Positions 1 through 9,381 of a stretch of 64,000 bases of DNA are shown here, in pieces (the first letter of the stretch is position 1; each line of letters begins with the position of its first letter). The DNA comes from Microcoleus sp. (GTDB lineage Bacteria; Cyanobacteriota; Cyanobacteriia; Cyanobacteriales; Microcoleaceae). The position numbers and the translations under genes are program-made. The stretch covers positions 5,344,001 to 5,408,000 of the forward strand of contig CP181291.1 of assembly GCA_052279835.1 (NCBI GenBank), written 5' to 3'. The notes under the pieces were generated by a model that worked only from the letters and a program-made list of their open reading frames with translations, had not been told where the DNA came from and searched no databases.

Positions 1-281
1 TGGACACTTTCTTGATAAGTTAAAAATGGCAAATCCACCACAATTAAGGCTTCTGTCACACCCCGACGCACTGCTTTTGCGTGGTGTAGCATTTCATCGA
101 GAGTTAGCGGCAAGGTTGTTTCGTACCCCAATATAGGCATTGCGAGGGAATCGCCGACGAGGATGATATCTACGCCGGCTAGATCTATGAGTTGGGCGAT
201 CGCATAATCATAGGCTGTCAGCGCCACAATTGGTCGCCTTTGTTGTTTCCATTGAATTAATTGATGAGTAGTGACTGACAT
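1..281 (-). CDS. panB: 3-methyl-2-oxobutanoate hydroxymethyltransferase, 5' part; runs off the window edge
   Basis: Manual translation from ATG 281: [48 protein letters not shown]...[11 protein letters not shown], with the PanB motifs TAYD, LVGDS and VVDLPF. Not in the ORF track. Confidence 0.95.
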   Translation of the reverse strand, partial: MSVTTHQLIQWKQQRRPIVALTAYDYAIAQLIDLAGVDIILVGDSLAMPILGYETTLPLTLDEMLHHAKAVRRGVTEALIVVDLPFLTYQESV

Positions 282-489
282 TTTAGTGCAAAAATATAAA
301 ATCGCCGATGATTACTTATAATATCAAATCACTGTTATTTAACTTCTCTAGCAACTCTAAATCATTTGTAAAATTTGTCTGTTACCCCCTTAGTAGGGGC
401 GGTGCCCCCGTGCCCGCCCTCTCGGTTAAGGGGGATCAGATTCTATGCAGCCTCATAAAAAATTGCTATAAGCTTAAAAATATTACCGA

Positions 490-954
490 TTAATAGCAAA
501 AATGCTCTCTAAATATTGATTGTCGAAGCTTCTTCCATTCTTGTTTAGAAACATCGGCACGAGTTTTGTCACCCGATGGATCGCGGATAGTCCAAATGGT
601 ATCTGCAACCCGATCAAGCGATCGCCCATGATAACGATAGTCGAAATCCCAGAAAGCATCACCGGCACAATCTCCTGGTTTAGCAATCATTTCGCCATCG
701 ACTGTACGACGAATAGCATTCCATTCGCGGATGTAGATAGGAAAATCGTCCGATCGCAATTTGCGGCCTTCTAATTGAGGATTAACCTGGTAAAAAAACC
801 AATCCGTCAACCGATCCACCGCCACAGTTCGTGATTCTAAATCCCGCGCTGTAGCACTGTCTATATTTCCCTTACTGAGAATAAGGGTAAAACCCAATAT
901 ACACACCGCTGACAACTTCGATACAGACTTAATTGAGGGCAATTTAATTAGCAT
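490..954 (-). CDS. Secreted hypothetical protein, paralog of 1966..2445
   Basis: N-terminal signal-like segment; shares MLIKL.SIK.VS, AVDRLTD..FY.VNPQL, YIR.W and ADTI motifs with 1966..2445. Confidence 0.8.
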   Translation of the reverse strand: MLIKLPSIKSVSKLSAVCILGFTLILSKGNIDSATARDLESRTVAVDRLTDWFFYQVNPQLEGRKLRSDDFPIYIREWNAIRRTVDGEMIAKPGDCAGDAFWDFDYRYHGRSLDRVADTIWTIRDPSGDKTRADVSKQEWKKLRQSIFREHFCY

Positions 955-1033
955 GATGAAACTTCATAAATGTTTATCTGTTCGCGACAAGCTGGCGATA
1001 AATCTTGTCTCACCCTTGGTTTTACCCTTTGTC

Positions 1034-1819
1034 TCACCATCCGTTTTTAGAACAAGAAGCTATTTGTCCTTTGGGTAACATTGTAGACAAACACCAATAA
1101 TTTTTACCATCAAACACCACCCCTTTTTTGATATATTGTAACTCAGCGATGGGTTGCCAAGGTCGATCGATATCAGACTCGTCATAATATCGATAGCGTC
1201 CTCCCTTCACTTCCAAACCCTCATCTGTACCACCTAGCCAATAACGACCCTCTTCAATTATATTTGATGACGCTCTTTGTGGATTAGTATCCGTCTTTTT
1301 CTCAATCCACCAATTCCTAACGAAACGTTTTATATTTTCCGCTCCCATAGTCGTAGCAACTACAACTAACAGTTCTTGTTTTTTATTAATAAACTCAAAC
1401 CGACAAGGCCCCTCGCCAGTGCCAGAGCAATCCTTAATCTCTTCATATCCCAAATCAAATAGCTCCTTCACAGAACGATTTCTCAGGTTAGGGGGTGTAC
1501 CCTGTAAGTATGGTTGCCACCCTTTTTTGATGAGGTTTTGACGGGCATTTTCGTAGGGCATACCTTTTTTAAGAGCTAGTCCTTCAGGGGCATTGGCATA
1601 ATTTTCAAGACTGAATTGCTGTGATATTTTGCTAGCATCTAAAGCTTTCGCAGCAGATGCCGTACAGATTCCGAGTAAGGTTAGTAGTAATACCATTGCT
1701 CTAAAATTGTGCAACACTCTTCGACCCCCCTTAGCCCCCCCTTGCCAAGGAGGGGGACAATAATACTGTTGCATTCTTTTTTTAAATTGGTATAACATTG
1801 CTATACTTTTTTTATTCAT
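1034..1819 (-). CDS. Secreted Cys-containing hypothetical protein with an in-frame MITE in its signal peptide
   Basis: 261-aa ORF with a GYEEIKDCSGTGEGPCRFEF motif. Removing 1691..1792 plus one TAA restores the signal peptide MNKKSIAMLLLTLLGICTASAAKA. Confidence 0.8.
   Translation of the reverse strand: MNKKSIAMLYQFKKRMQQYYCPPPWQGGAKGGRRVLHNFRAMVLLLTLLGICTASAAKALDASKISQQFSLENYANAPEGLALKKGMPYENARQNLIKKGWQPYLQGTPPNLRNRSVKELFDLGYEEIKDCSGTGEGPCRFEFINKKQELLVVVATTMGAENIKRFVRNWWIEKKTDTNPQRASSNIIEEGRYWLGGTDEGLEVKGGRYRYYDESDIDRPWQPIAELQYIKKGVVFDGKNYWCLSTMLPKGQIASCSKNGW
1691..1792. mobile_element. 102-bp MITE (TACCA...TGGTA ends) with TAA target duplication
   Basis: TAA at 1688-1690 and 1793-1795; imperfect terminal inverted repeats; internal CCCCCCTTGCCAAGGAGGGG hairpin; same length, ends and TSD as 29613..29714. 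Confidence 0.8.
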
Positions 1820-1852
1820 ACAAATTTATCCTACCTAAGTGCTTTGCTGCGA

Positions 1853-1955
1853 TTTAGCAATGCTAAATTATTTGGGAACTTCTTACTCCCTCCCCGCGAG
1901 TTCGGGGAGGGTTGCGGTGGGGTAAAAAAATTACGACTCATTGAGGATTTGTATA
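1853..1955. mobile_element. Degenerate copy of the ~105-bp TATAGCAATCCTAAAT MITE family
   Basis: Shares the CTTACTCCCTCCCC...GGGGAGGGTT..GGTGGGGTAAAAA core with 46882..46988 and 38417..38520. Confidence 0.7.
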
Positions 1956-1965
1956 GCAGCGCATT

Positions 1966-2445
1966 TCAAATTCCACAATTAGAAATATACATATAGTATC
2001 GAATTGCAGACCATTCACTGATGCTGATTTTATCGTCTTTGGGAATTGGCTGTCCAGTCCGTTGAGGATGGCGACTATAAAAAATTGTATCTGCAAGTAA
2101 ATCGTAGGTTTGTTCGTAGGTTTGGCCGTTAATTGTGGTGAATTCCCATCCGAATTCTCCTCGGTCCGGAGTGTTGCAGACTTCTTGGGCGGGCTTAACT
2201 CGCGGATCGATCGCCTCGCGTAATTTTTGCCATTGACGGATATATTCGCGATCGCCCGTTTGCAGTTTCCGATTGTTTAACTGAGGATTAACCTTGTAGA
2301 ATAGGAAATCTGTTAGTCGATCGACTGCTTGCTCTCGCGATTCAGCTTTGGCTAAAGTGGGGCTGATTAGGAGAAGGGCGATCGCCAGAGCACAAACCAT
2401 GGAAAATCTGGACACAGGTTTAATCGACAGCAACTTGATTAGCAT
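1966..2445 (-). CDS. Secreted hypothetical protein, paralog of 490..954
   Basis: Signal peptide ending ...LAKA; AVDRLTDFLFYKVNPQL motif; two Cys in the mature region in similar positions to the paralog. Confidence 0.8.
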   Translation of the reverse strand: MLIKLLSIKPVSRFSMVCALAIALLLISPTLAKAESREQAVDRLTDFLFYKVNPQLNNRKLQTGDREYIRQWQKLREAIDPRVKPAQEVCNTPDRGEFGWEFTTINGQTYEQTYDLLADTIFYSRHPQRTGQPIPKDDKISISEWSAIRYYMYISNCGI

Positions 2446-2510
2446 AGTGATTTGGCATTCATTCCTAATTCTATCCCAACCATCTTAACCAGCACCTACA
2501 AAGGGTGTCC

Positions 2511-2573
2511 AGAAACCGGGTTTTTGCGGAATCTACGGACTGTAACGAAGTATTTTGATAAAAACCCGGTTTC
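2511..2573. repeat. AGAAACCGGG(G)TTTTT...AAAAACCCGGTTTCT palindromic intergenic repeat
   Basis: Inverted repeat; related copies at about 42922-42985, 50516-50610 and 51520-51620. Confidence 0.75.
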
Positions 2574-2597
2574 TTCGATCGAAGTGCGTAATTCCTA

Positions 2598-2765
2598 TTA
2601 TTCCTGAAGTTCCGTTAATAACTGTTCCCCGAAAGGATGTTCTTGCAATTGCTCAAATATCAAAGCTCCTTTGCTGATTCCTTTTCGCCACAACCCAACA
2701 TAATTTTTCCAACCTTGGAGAACATTAGGATGATTTTCTGGCAATTTGCTGCGAAGAATTTCCAC
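2598..2765 (-). pseudogene. Probable C-terminal remnant of a TPR protein
   Basis: 55-codon open frame VEILRSKLPENHPNVLQGWKNY...LLTELQE*. The L.ENHPN motif resembles the last repeat of TPR_10/TPR_12 proteins; an in-frame stop lies just upstream. Confidence 0.4.
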
Positions 2766-2896
2766 AGTTATAGCATGGGTCAGGGCGGGTTTACGAGATA
2801 GTTAGTTTTGCACAGAGATGGCTGGTAAAACCCGCCCCTACCACATCTAAAATCAGACAATAACAAAATTTCTTAATTTCAACCCCCGTTTCAACT

Positions 2897-2932
2897 GTAG
2901 ATACTGTCTTAACCTGTCCAGACAGTATCTAC
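2897..2932 (-). terminator. Stem-loop just downstream of the Pmp3-family gene
   Basis: GTAGATACTGTCT / AGACAGTATCTAC, a 13-bp perfect stem starting 7 nt after the stop codon. Confidence 0.55.
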
Positions 2933-2938
2933 GGGAAC

Positions 2939-3109
2939 TTAACCTCGATCGTGCTTGGCAATCACCCAAATGGCATGGACAATACCGGGAATAAAGCCCA
3001 AAAAGGTGAGAACCACGTTGATCCAAAAATCAGTGCCAATCCCAACCGTCAGAAATACGCCCAAGGGGGGAAGAAAAATGGCTGCGACTATGCGAATTAA
3101 ATTGTCCAT
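2939..3109 (-). CDS. YqaE/Pmp3 family small membrane protein (56 aa)
   Basis: Manual translation MDNLIRIVAAIFLPPLGVFLTVGIGTDFWINVVLTFLGFIPGIVHAIWVIAKHDRG, the classic Pmp3 pattern; below the ORF-track length cutoff. Confidence 0.92.
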   Translation of the reverse strand: MDNLIRIVAAIFLPPLGVFLTVGIGTDFWINVVLTFLGFIPGIVHAIWVIAKHDRG

Positions 3110-3148
3110 CTGAGTTGATCCAAACGACTTTTCTCTTTCAATTTAGCT

Positions 3149-4093
3149 TCACTGGCTTACAGAACCTTTACCGAAAAACTTAGGCGGTGCTGCCATAGTG
3201 TAAACTTCGGTTTCAGCGGCGATTACTTGTCGCAAGTGTCCAGCAACCTGCATCAATCCCAACAGTGTAATTCCGTCGAACATTCGGAACCCACCGATGG
3301 TTTTTTCAGCGAGTAATTTGTCGGTAACTTCGGGTTCGGGACGGGTGTTGATTTCCTGAGTTGAAGCTACTGCAAAACCCCAAGGAGCTCCATAAGTAGA
3401 AATAAAGCTGGTGCAAGATTGAACGTTGGGGAAAACTGATTTCAGTGTATTTACAATCCGGGCGTGCATTTTCATTTCTGCTGGAGAAACAGGCCCGGCT
3501 TGCACGACAAAATATCCTGTAGGGGACAATACGCGACGAACTTTCTCAAAATACTCTTTTGTAAACAACTGGAAAGAAGGGCCTTCTTCGATGGGATCGG
3601 ACAAGTCAGAAATGACAACATCCCAATCGCTATCACTGTTATCTAAATAGTCTAAAGCATCGCCGATTACTACTTCGCAACGAGGGTCATCAAAGGCATT
3701 TTGGTGCATTTCTGGTAGGTGTTCGCGACAAGCATCTACTACCTCGCCGTCGATATCAACCATCACTACTTTTTCCACACTTTTCCACCGCAGCACTTCT
3801 CTAATTGTAGCTCCTTCGCCACCACCGAGAACCAGGACTTTTTTTGGTGAACCGTGCATAGTCATGGCTGGGTGGACTAGGGGTTCGTGGTACAAAAACT
3901 CGTCGCCTGTACAAGATTGCCATTTGCCATCCAATACTAACCCTTTGCCGTAGGTGCCGGTTTCAACGACGTACATTTCTTGAAAGGCTGTTTTTTTGTA
4001 AGCCAGCACCCGTATGATGCCGTGAACGTAGATATCCCAAGGGGTAATGTACTCGCTCATCCAAAAATCTGCACGGACTTCGCTACCTGACAT
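3149..4093 (-). CDS. speE: Spermidine synthase / polyamine aminopropyltransferase
   Basis: LDGKWQS, DEFLYHEPLVHP, VLVLGGGEG and WDVVISDLSDP motifs. Confidence 0.92.
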   Translation of the reverse strand: MSGSEVRADFWMSEYITPWDIYVHGIIRVLAYKKTAFQEMYVVETGTYGKGLVLDGKWQSCTGDEFLYHEPLVHPAMTMHGSPKKVLVLGGGEGATIREVLRWKSVEKVVMVDIDGEVVDACREHLPEMHQNAFDDPRCEVVIGDALDYLDNSDSDWDVVISDLSDPIEEGPSFQLFTKEYFEKVRRVLSPTGYFVVQAGPVSPAEMKMHARIVNTLKSVFPNVQSCTSFISTYGAPWGFAVASTQEINTRPEPEVTDKLLAEKTIGGFRMFDGITLLGLMQVAGHLRQVIAAETEVYTMAAPPKFFGKGSVSQ

Positions 4094-4526
4094 CTAATAC
4101 TCTCCCAGTGTAAATTACTTAAGTAGTAATTCATAGCACAAAATGGCGATCGGATGTAAGTGCGATCGACACAAACAGGTTGTATAGCCTTTCTCCGGTA
4201 AATTAGATGCTGATGAGCTTAGGGAATTGGGAATTCGGCAACCCCCCCAAGGGCAGGAGGGAATTGGAAATTGCGAATTGGTGGTTCCTTATTGGCGAAA
4301 TCTAATAGTTAATATTAAGATAAATTAGGCACAAATAAGCTTAATAAAAATGCCCAACTTTTTGAAAAAGTCAGGGATAAAATAGCAGAGTATTTTATGT
4401 TTAATTTTGAAAAAGTGAGCGATAATAAAAACTCTCTTTGATTGAATGCTCTTTGGTCCCATGCTCCCGGATTCATTCTGAAAGCAGGCTGACTGGGGGC
4501 ATCTAAAATCTCAAATCTAAGATTTC

Positions 4527-7124
4527 ATGACTGCGGCTGTTTCTAGTTTGGTGTGTAATGCTATGTCTACTCTCACTTTTGGTTTGTCAACGCCCTCCGC
4601 TGCTGAGCCTGGGGCATTTTACGGCAGCAATCAACCGCCAAGTCGCCCCACCGTGCGGGCACAGTGGATCGAAGTTTTGGTAGACTTTCCTTTCAGGGGC
4701 GCGGGGGACCCCCCAGGGGAGGAAAACAAGTTATTTACTTATCGGTTGCCGGCCCAACTGACGGTGCAACCAGGAGATATTCTGAGTGTACCATTTGGCA
4801 GTCAACAGGTGGGGGCGATCGCCATTCGTTTTGTTTCTCAACTACCGCTAAACTTAGACCCCGCCAAGGTTAAAGATGTTGAAGATGTGGTCAGCACGGG
4901 ATTTTTTGTTCCTACTTACTGGGAATTGCTCGAACGCACTTCTATCTATTATTGCACGCCTTTAATTCAAGTAATTAGAGCTTCATTACCACCGGGATTG
5001 TTAAGCCGTTCTGTGCGTCGCATTCGGTTAAATAAAAATGCTATTTCTCCTAATGCGGAATTATTTCTGAATCCCGCAGCTAGTCAGATTTTACAATTAT
5101 TGCAAGCTCAAAAAAACGGCGATTATACTTGGCAATACCTCCAACGGCAAGTGAAGGGGGCTTATCGGGGATTGCGAGATTTATTAAAACGGGGTTGGGT
5201 AGAAAGTTATTTAGAACCTCCTCATCCTCCCAAACCCAAACTCAAACCCGCAGTCACATTAATTGTCAATGCTTTTGTGACGGATTTGACCCAGCGTCAA
5301 CAAGAAGTCTTGGAGGTTTTGCGACGCGGTGGCGGTGAAATGTGGGTGAATGATTTATTAAAAATTTGCAGTGCTAGTTCCTCGGTTGTCAAAGCTTTGG
5401 AACAAAAAGGTAGCGTGGTAATTGACCAAAGAGAAGTGCTCAGGGGCGATCGCCCAATTCCCCAAATTGCTGACTCACCCAAAACTTTAACTGATTTTCA
5501 GGCTGAAGCTTTAGCATTTATTAACAGTTTTTCGGGTTTTCGTCAAGTGCTGCTCCATGGTGTGACAGGTTCTGGGAAAACTGAAGTGTACTTACAGGCG
5601 ATCGCCCCAATCTTAGCTAGTGGCAAATCCGCCCTCGTACTCGTCCCAGAAATCGGCCTGACACCACAACTTACAGATAGATTTCGCGCCCGTTTTGGCG
5701 AGCAAATTTGCGTATATCACAGCGCCCTCTCCGACGGCGAACGTTACGATACATGGCGTCAGATGCTCACTGGAACGCCGCAAATTGTCATTGGCACGCG
5801 ATCGGCTATTTTTGCACCTTTACCTCAATTAGGCTTAATTATCCTCGATGAAGAACATGACACCAGCTTCAAACAAGAAAAACCAGCCCCTTGCTACCAC
5901 GCCCGCACCGTAGCCAAATGGCGCGCCGAATTAGAAAATTGTCCCCTAATTTTAGGTTCTGCTACCCCAGCTTTAGAGACTTTTTTCGCCACTCAAATTA
6001 ATAATTACTCCTTGCCAACTATTCATTATTTATCATTACCCGAACGCATTTATGCGCGCCCGATGCCACCAATTCAAATAGTCGATATGCGCCAAGAATT
6101 GCGGCAAGGAAATCGCTCTATTTTTAGCGTGGCTCTGCAAAATGCTCTGGAAGAATTGCAAACTAGACAACAGCAAGGTATTCTATTTATTCACCGAAGA
6201 GGACACAGTACCTTTGTGTCTTGTCGGAGTTGTGGTTATGTGATGGAATGCCCAAATTGTGATGTGTCGCTTTCTTATCACCAAATCGGTGAAGGGACAT
6301 CAGAAATGTTGCGCTGTCACTACTGCAACCATACAGAAAGACACCCTCAAAATTGTCCAGAATGCAGGTCTCCTTATTTCAAAAATTTTGGCAGTGGTAC
6401 TCAGCGAGTCGAACAGGAATTAACCAGATTGTTTCCCCAATTGCGGGCAATTCGGTTTGATAGTGATACGACTCGAAATAAGGGCGACCACCGGAGATTG
6501 TTAACCCAATTTGCCCAGGGGGAAGCTGATATTTTGTTGGGAACACAAATGCTAACTAAAGGGTTGGATTTAGCTGGGGTGACATTGGTGGGAGTTGTCT
6601 CGGCTGATGGGTTGCTAAATTTGTCTGATTATCGGGCCAGCGAACGGGCATTTCAAACTTTAACTCAAGTGGCGGGCCGTGCTGGTAGAGGTGACGATCC
6701 GGGAAGGGTAATTATGCAAACTTATACTCCCGAACATCGGGTAATTCAAGCAGTTAGACGGCACGAATATGCAAGTTTTGTAGAAACAGAATTAGCAGCA
6801 AGGGCGGCCATGAATTATCCTCCTTCGGGGCGGCTGGTTTTGTTGCGATTAAGTAGTTTGGAGGCGGCGGAAGTTGCGGTGACGGCGGTACAATTGGCGT
6901 CTGTTTGTCAGGAGTATATTGAGGGATTGTCTTTACCGGGTTGTGAGTTGTTGGGGCCCGCACCGGCGGCGATTATGCGGGTAGCAAATCGGTATCGGTG
7001 GCAGATTTTGCTGAAGTTGCCTTTGGATGAGTCGGTGGATTTGTCGGATTTGATCGGATTGCGCGATCGCATTCCTCGTTCTGTTAGTTTAACTATTGAT
7101 GTCGATCCGTTGAATTTTGGTTGA
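4527..7124 (+). CDS. priA: Primosomal protein N' helicase
   Basis: GVTGSGKTEVY, DEEHD, four CxxC zinc motifs, QVAGRAGR, terminal DVDP. Exact start uncertain. Confidence 0.97.
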   Translation: MTAAVSSLVCNAMSTLTFGLSTPSAAEPGAFYGSNQPPSRPTVRAQWIEVLVDFPFRGAGDPPGEENKLFTYRLPAQLTVQPGDILSVPFGSQQVGAIAIRFVSQLPLNLDPAKVKDVEDVVSTGFFVPTYWELLERTSIYYCTPLIQVIRASLPPGLLSRSVRRIRLNKNAISPNAELFLNPAASQILQLLQAQKNGDYTWQYLQRQVKGAYRGLRDLLKRGWVESYLEPPHPPKPKLKPAVTLIVNAFVTDLTQRQQEVLEVLRRGGGEMWVNDLLKICSASSSVVKALEQKGSVVIDQREVLRGDRPIPQIADSPKTLTDFQAEALAFINSFSGFRQVLLHGVTGSGKTEVYLQAIAPILASGKSALVLVPEIGLTPQLTDRFRARFGEQICVYHSALSDGERYDTWRQMLTGTPQIVIGTRSAIFAPLPQLGLIILDEEHDTSFKQEKPAPCYHARTVAKWRAELENCPLILGSATPALETFFATQINNYSLPTIHYLSLPERIYARPMPPIQIVDMRQELRQGNRSIFSVALQNALEELQTRQQQGILFIHRRGHSTFVSCRSCGYVMECPNCDVSLSYHQIGEGTSEMLRCHYCNHTERHPQNCPECRSPYFKNFGSGTQRVEQELTRLFPQLRAIRFDSDTTRNKGDHRRLLTQFAQGEADILLGTQMLTKGLDLAGVTLVGVVSADGLLNLSDYRASERAFQTLTQVAGRAGRGDDPGRVIMQTYTPEHRVIQAVRRHEYASFVETELAARAAMNYPPSGRLVLLRLSSLEAAEVAVTAVQLASVCQEYIEGLSLPGCELLGPAPAAIMRVANRYRWQILLKLPLDESVDLSDLIGLRDRIPRSVSLTIDVDPLNFG

Positions 7125-7374
7125 TTGCTTGGATGGGGGCGGGTTGATTTAGATTTTTTGTCAGTTTCCCATATTTTTGGTAAAACCCGCCCCTACAACC
7201 AATCCTAGACAGATATTGCACTGTAAACTGATAACTTTTTATTATAAGTTGTATAAAAAATATCTATCATTCATTGTTGCAGTTAATTGTCAAAAAACCT
7301 TTAAGATGATTTAGTTATTGCAATTAATTGTCAAAATGTAAACTAGCATTGGGGCTAAAACAGGAGAGAGATTA

Positions 7375-8349
7375 ATGAATGTAAGTTTAAAAGTGCTGGC
7401 TGGTGCTAGCGCAGGATTGTTGCTGCTAGGGGGTTTGGCTGCGAATACCATGGGAATTGGGCAAAAGGCGATCGCCCAACAGACTCCCCAAGGCGATCGA
7501 GATTTGAGAGCACAAGCTCCAATAAATCGCATTAGAATTGTGTTTGCCAATCGTAGAGATGCCACAGATTTGCAAAACAAAGCTAATCAAGTAGCAGCCA
7601 TACTCTCAAAAGCGATGGGAATTCCCGTCGAAGCAGTCATCGGCGACGAAACCGCAGCCGTCGAAGCTTTGAGAGCAAATAGAGCTGATGTAGCTTTTGT
7701 CGCAGGGCGCGCCGCCTTGAAAGCTGAGCAATTAGCCAAAGCACGGATGTATTTAGCCGAAGTTCGCAGCGATTATTCCGGCGGAAATACCTACGATTCT
7801 GTATTTGTCGTGCGTCAAGACAGCCCCCTACGCCCGAAAGGTAGTGCAAAGCAAACCCTAGAACAATTGAAAGGTAAAAAAATTGCTTTCACCTCTCGCA
7901 CTTCCGGTTCGGGATTTATTTTTCCAGTGGGAGAGTTGGTTGGTCAAGGATTAGTATCAGGACCTGATAGATTGGAAAGTTTCTTCGGAAATGTCACCTA
8001 TGGTGATGGTTACGGTAGCGCTTTACAAGCAGTTTTAAAAGGTCAAGCAGAAGTTGCTGCGGTATCAGAATATGCTTTGCTACCACCTTGGATTACAGCA
8101 GCAGAAGGTAAACAATTGCGAGTGTTGCAACAAGTTCCGGGAGTTCCCGCCCATGGAATTGTGATTGACGATCGCATTCCTGCCCCAATGCGAGAAAAGC
8201 TAATTAATGCTTTATTGACTATGAATGAGCCGACAAACAATTCATTGTTCCGCAGTTTGTACAATTCCCAAAAATTAGTAAAAGTCGATCACAATACCCA
8301 TTTAGCAACGTTAAGTCAAGCTTTGAAACGCGCTAAATTAGACCCGTAA
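7375..8349 (+). CDS. phnD: Phosphate/phosphite/phosphonate ABC transporter substrate-binding protein
   Basis: Signal peptide, SRTSGSGFIFP motif, operon with ATPase and permease genes. Confidence 0.85.
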   Translation: MNVSLKVLAGASAGLLLLGGLAANTMGIGQKAIAQQTPQGDRDLRAQAPINRIRIVFANRRDATDLQNKANQVAAILSKAMGIPVEAVIGDETAAVEALRANRADVAFVAGRAALKAEQLAKARMYLAEVRSDYSGGNTYDSVFVVRQDSPLRPKGSAKQTLEQLKGKKIAFTSRTSGSGFIFPVGELVGQGLVSGPDRLESFFGNVTYGDGYGSALQAVLKGQAEVAAVSEYALLPPWITAAEGKQLRVLQQVPGVPAHGIVIDDRIPAPMREKLINALLTMNEPTNNSLFRSLYNSQKLVKVDHNTHLATLSQALKRAKLDP

Positions 8350-8422
8350 TTTGATGAGGTTTATTGTTTACTGTTGACTGTGAGTCATTGCTTCCTTCGA
8401 CTACGCTCAGGGAGCAATACAT

Positions 8423-8469
8423 CGTTCCCAGGCTCTGCCTGGGAATGCAATTCCAGAGGCTCTGCCTCA
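8423..8469. repeat. TTCCCAGGCTCTGCCTGGGAA...AGAGGCTCTGCCTC hairpin repeat
   Basis: Half-copy of the composite repeat at 52997..53130. Confidence 0.7.
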
Positions 8470-8530
8470 GCCTAAAAATAGCCTTAAACTGGTAATTTGC
8501 TGTTCCCAAATCTATCAATAAATACTGACG

Positions 8531-9271
8531 ATGACCATCGAATGTTCTCAAATAAAAACAGCTTATTCCCCCTCGCTAAATCGGTCAATTCTCAACGGAA
8601 TTGATTGTAAGATCGAACAAGGAGAATTTGTCGCCTTACTCGGTTTGAACGGTGCGGGAAAATCCACCCTATTGCGCTCCTTTGTTGGCTTAGTCCCCGT
8701 CCAAACCGGAGAGATGCGGATTAATGATATGGTGATGAATACGCGCACGATCGCCAGAATTCGTCGGGATATCGGCTTGATTTTTCAAGGTGGCGGTTTG
8801 GTGAAGCAGTCCCAGGCGATCGAGAACGTGTTGTGCGGTTGTTTGGGAAGCTTAAATACTTGGCAGACACTGTGGGGTTTTCCGAAACCAAAGCGCGATC
8901 GAGCTTTGGAATTACTCGCAGATTTCGGACTCCAAGACCTAGCATATCAAAAAACTGGACTACTCAGTGGCGGACAACAGCAAAAAGTAGCCATCGCCCG
9001 CGCCTTAATTCAATCTCCACGGATTTTATTAGCCGACGAACCTACCACCGGATTAGATGTCATCGCCGCCCGACAAGTCATGGAAATTCTCGCCAAACTC
9101 CACAAAGAAGAGGGGATGACAGTAGTGGTAGTATTGCACGACTTAGCCATGGCGAGCAATTATCCTGAAAGGGCGATCGTCCTCGATGCCGGTCAAATAA
9201 TCTATGATGGCAAATGTCAAAACTTGTCCGAAAAATTCAGCAGATTAAAACAGTCCAAAATTGCAGTCTAA
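8531..9271 (+). CDS. phnC: Phosphonate-type ABC transporter ATP-binding protein
   Basis: GLNGAGKST, LSGGQQQ, LLADEP. Confidence 0.88.
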   Translation: MTIECSQIKTAYSPSLNRSILNGIDCKIEQGEFVALLGLNGAGKSTLLRSFVGLVPVQTGEMRINDMVMNTRTIARIRRDIGLIFQGGGLVKQSQAIENVLCGCLGSLNTWQTLWGFPKPKRDRALELLADFGLQDLAYQKTGLLSGGQQQKVAIARALIQSPRILLADEPTTGLDVIAARQVMEILAKLHKEEGMTVVVVLHDLAMASNYPERAIVLDAGQIIYDGKCQNLSEKFSRLKQSKIAV

Positions 9272-9381
9272 ACTCTACCCTTCTCCACTCTTCCTCTGCG
9301 CCCTCTGCGCCCTCTGCGGTTAATAAAAAAAAATAACCAAACACAAAATATCACTGTAAATAAAAATATAAACAAATACAA

